A stretch of DNA of 64,000 nt from NCBI GenBank assembly GCA_951406725.2, contig OX597825.1:9796001-9860000 (forward strand), given 5' to 3'. Both the position numbers and the translations under genes were made by a program. The DNA is from Octopus vulgaris (Eukaryota). Positions 15,278 through 64,000 of this stretch are shown here, piece after piece. Each line of letters opens with the position of its first letter. The first letter of the stretch is position 1. Under the pieces are notes generated by a model. It ran no database searches. It was not told the DNA's origin and was given only the letters and a program-made list of their open reading frames with translations.

Positions 15278-16639
15278 CCTCATTAAAATTTTCCAACATC
15301 TTAAGCACAAGGAACAAAAGCAGTATGAACAAAAAAAATGTAAAAAAAAAGGGGAAAAAGAAATAATACACAGTATAACAAGGAGCAGGGAATGGGGAAG
15401 GGGCAAACCATTCTCTTGTAGCCAGACTTTATCCATTTCTCTTTTAGACTTTTCCCTCTTTCTCTTACTACTTGACTTTATCCATTTCTCCCTTCTGGAC
15501 ACTTACAGCTCCTCATAAAAACTTGCCATTGTCTTCAGAGGTTTGACATCAAAAGTTATTTTATTTAAAGAAATATCAGCCACAAAAACACTTTGTTTAC
15601 GTTTCCACACATCCTGTCACTCAAATTATTTATGTCTTACATTTCTTCAAATCACATTTTTTACAATTTCTCTTTAAATTAATAGCCACAGGTCAGCACC
15701 AGACAGTGATAATTTCATTCTACAACATTAATGTTTGAGAAGACTCTTCAGTGTTTTTTTTCTTTTTTTTTTTTTCTTCTCCATAAAAATGTTTTCCTTC
15801 CCTGATATAACAGGAACTGAGACACACAATTGCTCTTTTAATAATTTGCTTCCATCAATAATACCACAGGAAAAATTGTCCCGCCTTTGTCTTCCACTAT
15901 TAGATGCAAGAGTGTACTAAGGGCAACGAATTAACAACATTAACAAAAACAGTAAGCTAATGCTGCTCACAAGAAATTAAAGATTGGTAGTGAGTGTGTC
16001 ACTTACTGTAAACAGAATGCTTACCAGCCAGGCTGTCCTTACACAACTGGAGGTGCCTGATGAACAACAGGTTCACCTTCAAACCACTGCTTTCAGACAG
16101 GTTTCACATAAATACCATGAGACCCCACAAGAGAACCAGATAGAAAGCTCAAAGAACAACACAAGCAGAGACAAAATTCTGGCCACAGACACCTTGAGTT
16201 GTGGAAAAGAGGTGCCTTCAACTATGATGCTGGACATGACCATGCTTCTGAAAAAATAGTTATTTCTTTACTACCCACAAGGGGCTATACAGAGAGAGGA
16301 CAAACAAGGACAGACAAACTGATTAAGTTGATTATATCGACCCTAGTGCATAACTTGGTACTTATTTAATCGACCTCGAAAGGATGAAAGGCAAAGTTGA
16401 CCTCGGCGGAATTTGAACTCAGAACGTAACGGCAGACGAAATACGGCTACGCATTTCGCCCGGCATGCTAACGTTTCTGCCAGCTCGCACATAAATACCA
16501 TGAGCTTTCTATCTGGTTCCAGATGGAAAGTTCAAAGAACAACACAAGCAGAGACAAAATTCTGGCCATGCACACCTTGAGTTGTGGAAAAGAGGTGCCT
16601 TCAACAATGATCCTTAGACACGACCATGCTTCTGAAAAA

Positions 16640-17100
16640 ATAGTTTCAATTGGTGCCATGTCCAAAATTGATGACAAACATTTAGACAATAAATGGAAAT
16701 AAGAGGCAAACATATTGTGCTATTCCACTAAAAAATTTAATCTAACGGTCATTGTTGATCCACCCAAGCCTCTAAAACAGCTTCTAACTGCTGCAGCAAA
16801 GAAATCCATACATCTTTTGAAGAACATCAGAAAATATAACTGTTTTCCAAGTGGCTTCTTTTGAAACCAACAACTTCAGAGAAGAGGAATTCCTGCCAAC
16901 TTTAAAAATTAAAGGAAAAATCTGCCCCAAAACTGATTTCCTTCAACTCTTCCAAATGAAGGGCCTTTTTTTCTGCCACTATACTTTGTTAATGACTAAA
17001 AGAGATTGATTCATAGTAGGAAAATCATTTCCCTGATAACAAAGAATAAAAGAATGTCTGACCATTCTAGAATGCAATCAACATTGGTAAAACCATTCTC
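16640..17100 (+). mobile_element. Degenerate Helitron Rep/helicase N-terminal fragment
   Basis: VSIGAMSKI..KWK*E..LC..VDPPKPLKQLL..HLLKNIRKYN..F..FKIKG..LYF, read across stops and frameshifts, follows the Helitron pattern IG.M..C....KW..E...CC..GK.L....PP..L..L....F..NIR.YN..F. Confidence 0.65.
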
Positions 17101-17139
17101 CATCCACTGAAAATAAATATCTATTTTGGTGCAACTTAC

Positions 17140-61816
<44,677 letters not shown>

Positions 61817-61941
61817 CTGAATTCCAGATTTAAAGGAAAAGCCAAAAAAAACGTCTGAATAATAATCTCAGAGTAAGACAGAGGACTGAATTGTGAGGAT
61901 GTTAAATCATCTCCTCATATCACACAAAAATACATCATTGT

Positions 61942-62497
61942 TTAACCCTTTCGTTACTGTGTTTATTTTGAGATGCTGTCTGTTTCTTTCAATTAATTTT
62001 AAATCTAACAAAGAACTTAGTAAAATAACTTAGTTATCATTCAGCTAGTGCTAGGAACATAAATTGTGACTAAAGTTTGGTGGAAGATTTTAATTCAAAA
62101 CTTTTGAAAGCAAGACATTTGTACTACAGAACCAGCGGTGGTTTCAGCTGGGTTGGTATCGAAAGGGTTAAACACACCTCTACATTTGGGCTGATGCACA
62201 TTAGAAGCAGTTGGAAGGGTGCAGATTGAAGGAAATTTAGGCTATTATTTCTGTTGATTATTTTTCTTCTTAACTCTTTCATTACTGTATTTATTTTGAG
62301 ATGCTCTGTGTTTCTTTCAATTAATTTTAAATGATAAAGAATTTAGTAAAATAACTTAGTTATCATTCAGCTAGTGTTAGGAACATAAATTGTGACTAAA
62401 GTTTGGTGGAAGATTTTAATTAAGAACTTTTGAAAATAAGACATTTGTATTACAGAGCCGGAGCCGGTTTGAGCCGGGTTGGTAATGAAAGGGTTAA
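61942..62497. mobile_element. Two piggyBac-like MITE copies (61942-62171 and 62270-62497)
   Basis: TTAA-bounded CCCTTT/AAAGGG ends; body matches 7504-7733. Confidence 0.8.
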
Positions 62498-62989
62498 CCT
62501 CTTACTAATACTGATTAACAGTGAGCTCACAAAAACTTATACAAATTTTCTTTTCTTTCACACCTGTAGGTCTTAAACTAGATATCAGTACACCTTCAGA
62601 GATATTGTAAGCACCTGAGGAGGGCTCTATGTGGTGTGGCTGTGTGGTAAGAAGCTTGCTTCCCAAACACGATTCCACATTTAGTTCCACTGCATGGCAC
62701 CATGGGCAAGTGTCTTCAACTATAACCCAAGGTCAACCAAAGCTTTGTAAGTGGTTATGGAAGATTAAAACTGAAAGAAGCATGTCATATATATACACGT
62801 ATATATATTTCAATACGGAGCAAATAATTCACAAGAAAAAATAATTCACAAAAATTAATTTGCAAAGATATCATTAACTCTGTTATTATCTAATGTAACA
62901 ATTTTAAAAATGATACTAACAGAATCAATAATATAGAAGCTCCTATACGAACAGAAGCTCCTATACGAACAGATGGTGAACACACAGAA

Positions 62990-63632
62990 CAACCATTGGC
63001 TTGCAGTGTCCCCAAATACATCTACTGAGAGTGATAAAAATCGAACATCCACTCAGCATTATGGTGTTTGGAGTGATCGCTAATGATGGCGACGTTATGC
63101 TTTCGTTCATCTTCTCACACAGCCCCAAAACTCAACTCGGAGGCCTACAGCAAGTGCCTGGAGAAGGTAGTGTTGCCCTGAGTCAAGAGGGTGGTTGTTG
63201 GAAGACCCTATACCTGGCAGCAGGATTCTGCACCATGCCACACAAGCAAGAGAACCCAGTCATGGCTGTCAGACAATCTCTGCAACCACATCACCCCTAA
63301 CATCTGGTCACCTAACTCCCCTGACTGCAAGCAACTTTATTATGTGTAGGACGCAGTTGAGCGAGAAACCAACAAATCTCTTTGTAACAAAACAGTAAAG
63401 ATGAACTGAAGGCAAGGATTATGGCAGCATTCACCAACTTAAACAAGGAGACCATCCAGAAGAGTTGCAGGAGATTCTGAAGTCGTGTGGAGGTCACGGT
63501 TGAAGTCAATGGCGATTTTATTGAATAAATTTACTCTTTAGTATTTCAAGATATTCTTATGTAATTTTGGTAAATATTTCTGTTAAAATGAGATGTCAGT
63601 GTAATTCTAATGTTTGCATAATTTAGCCGACA
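62990..63632 (+). mobile_element. Tc1/mariner transposase remnant (3' half)
   Basis: KHP..IMVFGVIANDGDVM..FIF and IWSPNSPDC..AVERETNK..ELKARIMAAFTNLNKETIQKSCRRF*SRVE..GDFIE, with frameshifts and stops. Confidence 0.8.
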
Positions 63633-63692
63633 ATATATATATATGTCTAAGTGTGTGTGTGTATATATAATGCCTATGTAAGTGTGTGTGCA

Positions 63693-63795
<103 letters not shown>

Positions 63796-63796
63796 G

Positions 63797-63851
<55 letters not shown>

Positions 63852-64000
63852 CACAGGTAAAGATCAACATATTGAGACTTGTCTTTATCTATCTGAATCG
63901 GTACAAGTGCATGATTTTCTATACATACTCATTCTAAGTGTATGTGTGTATGTATGTGCGTGTATACGTGTGTATGTATGTGCGTGTATGTATATGCATA

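Noticed and set aside
15508-15613. Phase-0 open segment DVWKRKQ..FYEE with a gtaagt donor on the minus strand
   Set aside because: There is no polypyrimidine tract and no NPHP4 similarity.

Overview
Eukaryotic, AT-rich and extremely repeat-dense genomic DNA. The SINE, RTE-LINE and microsatellite content fits an octopus (coleoid cephalopod) genome; this is an inference from the repeat families. The window lies inside one large minus-strand gene, NPHP4 (nephrocystin-4, a ciliary transition-zone protein). I reconstructed 14 internal GT-AG exons between 61816 and 17140 with consistent phases (2404 nt, about 801 codons); the 5' and 3' ends of the gene were not found in the window. The introns hold tRNA-derived SINEs, 5'-truncated RTE LINEs, two R4/Dong-type LINE ends inside (AAT)n tracts, CR1 and Helitron remnants, Tc1/mariner fossils, piggyBac-, pogo- and hAT-type MITEs and long microsatellites. 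Most ORFs in the supplied track are microsatellite or SINE artefacts. The most notable observations are: (1) a tRNA-headed element carrying a decayed Penelope-type minimal hammerhead ribozyme and an inverted terminal segment, plus a second hammerhead-like fold; (2) several long intronic fold-back hairpins near NPHP4 splice acceptors, which are candidate ADAR substrates; (3) a stem-loop tandem array in the RTE 3'UTR; (4) a 90-bp minisatellite dense in STAT and NF-kB-like motifs.
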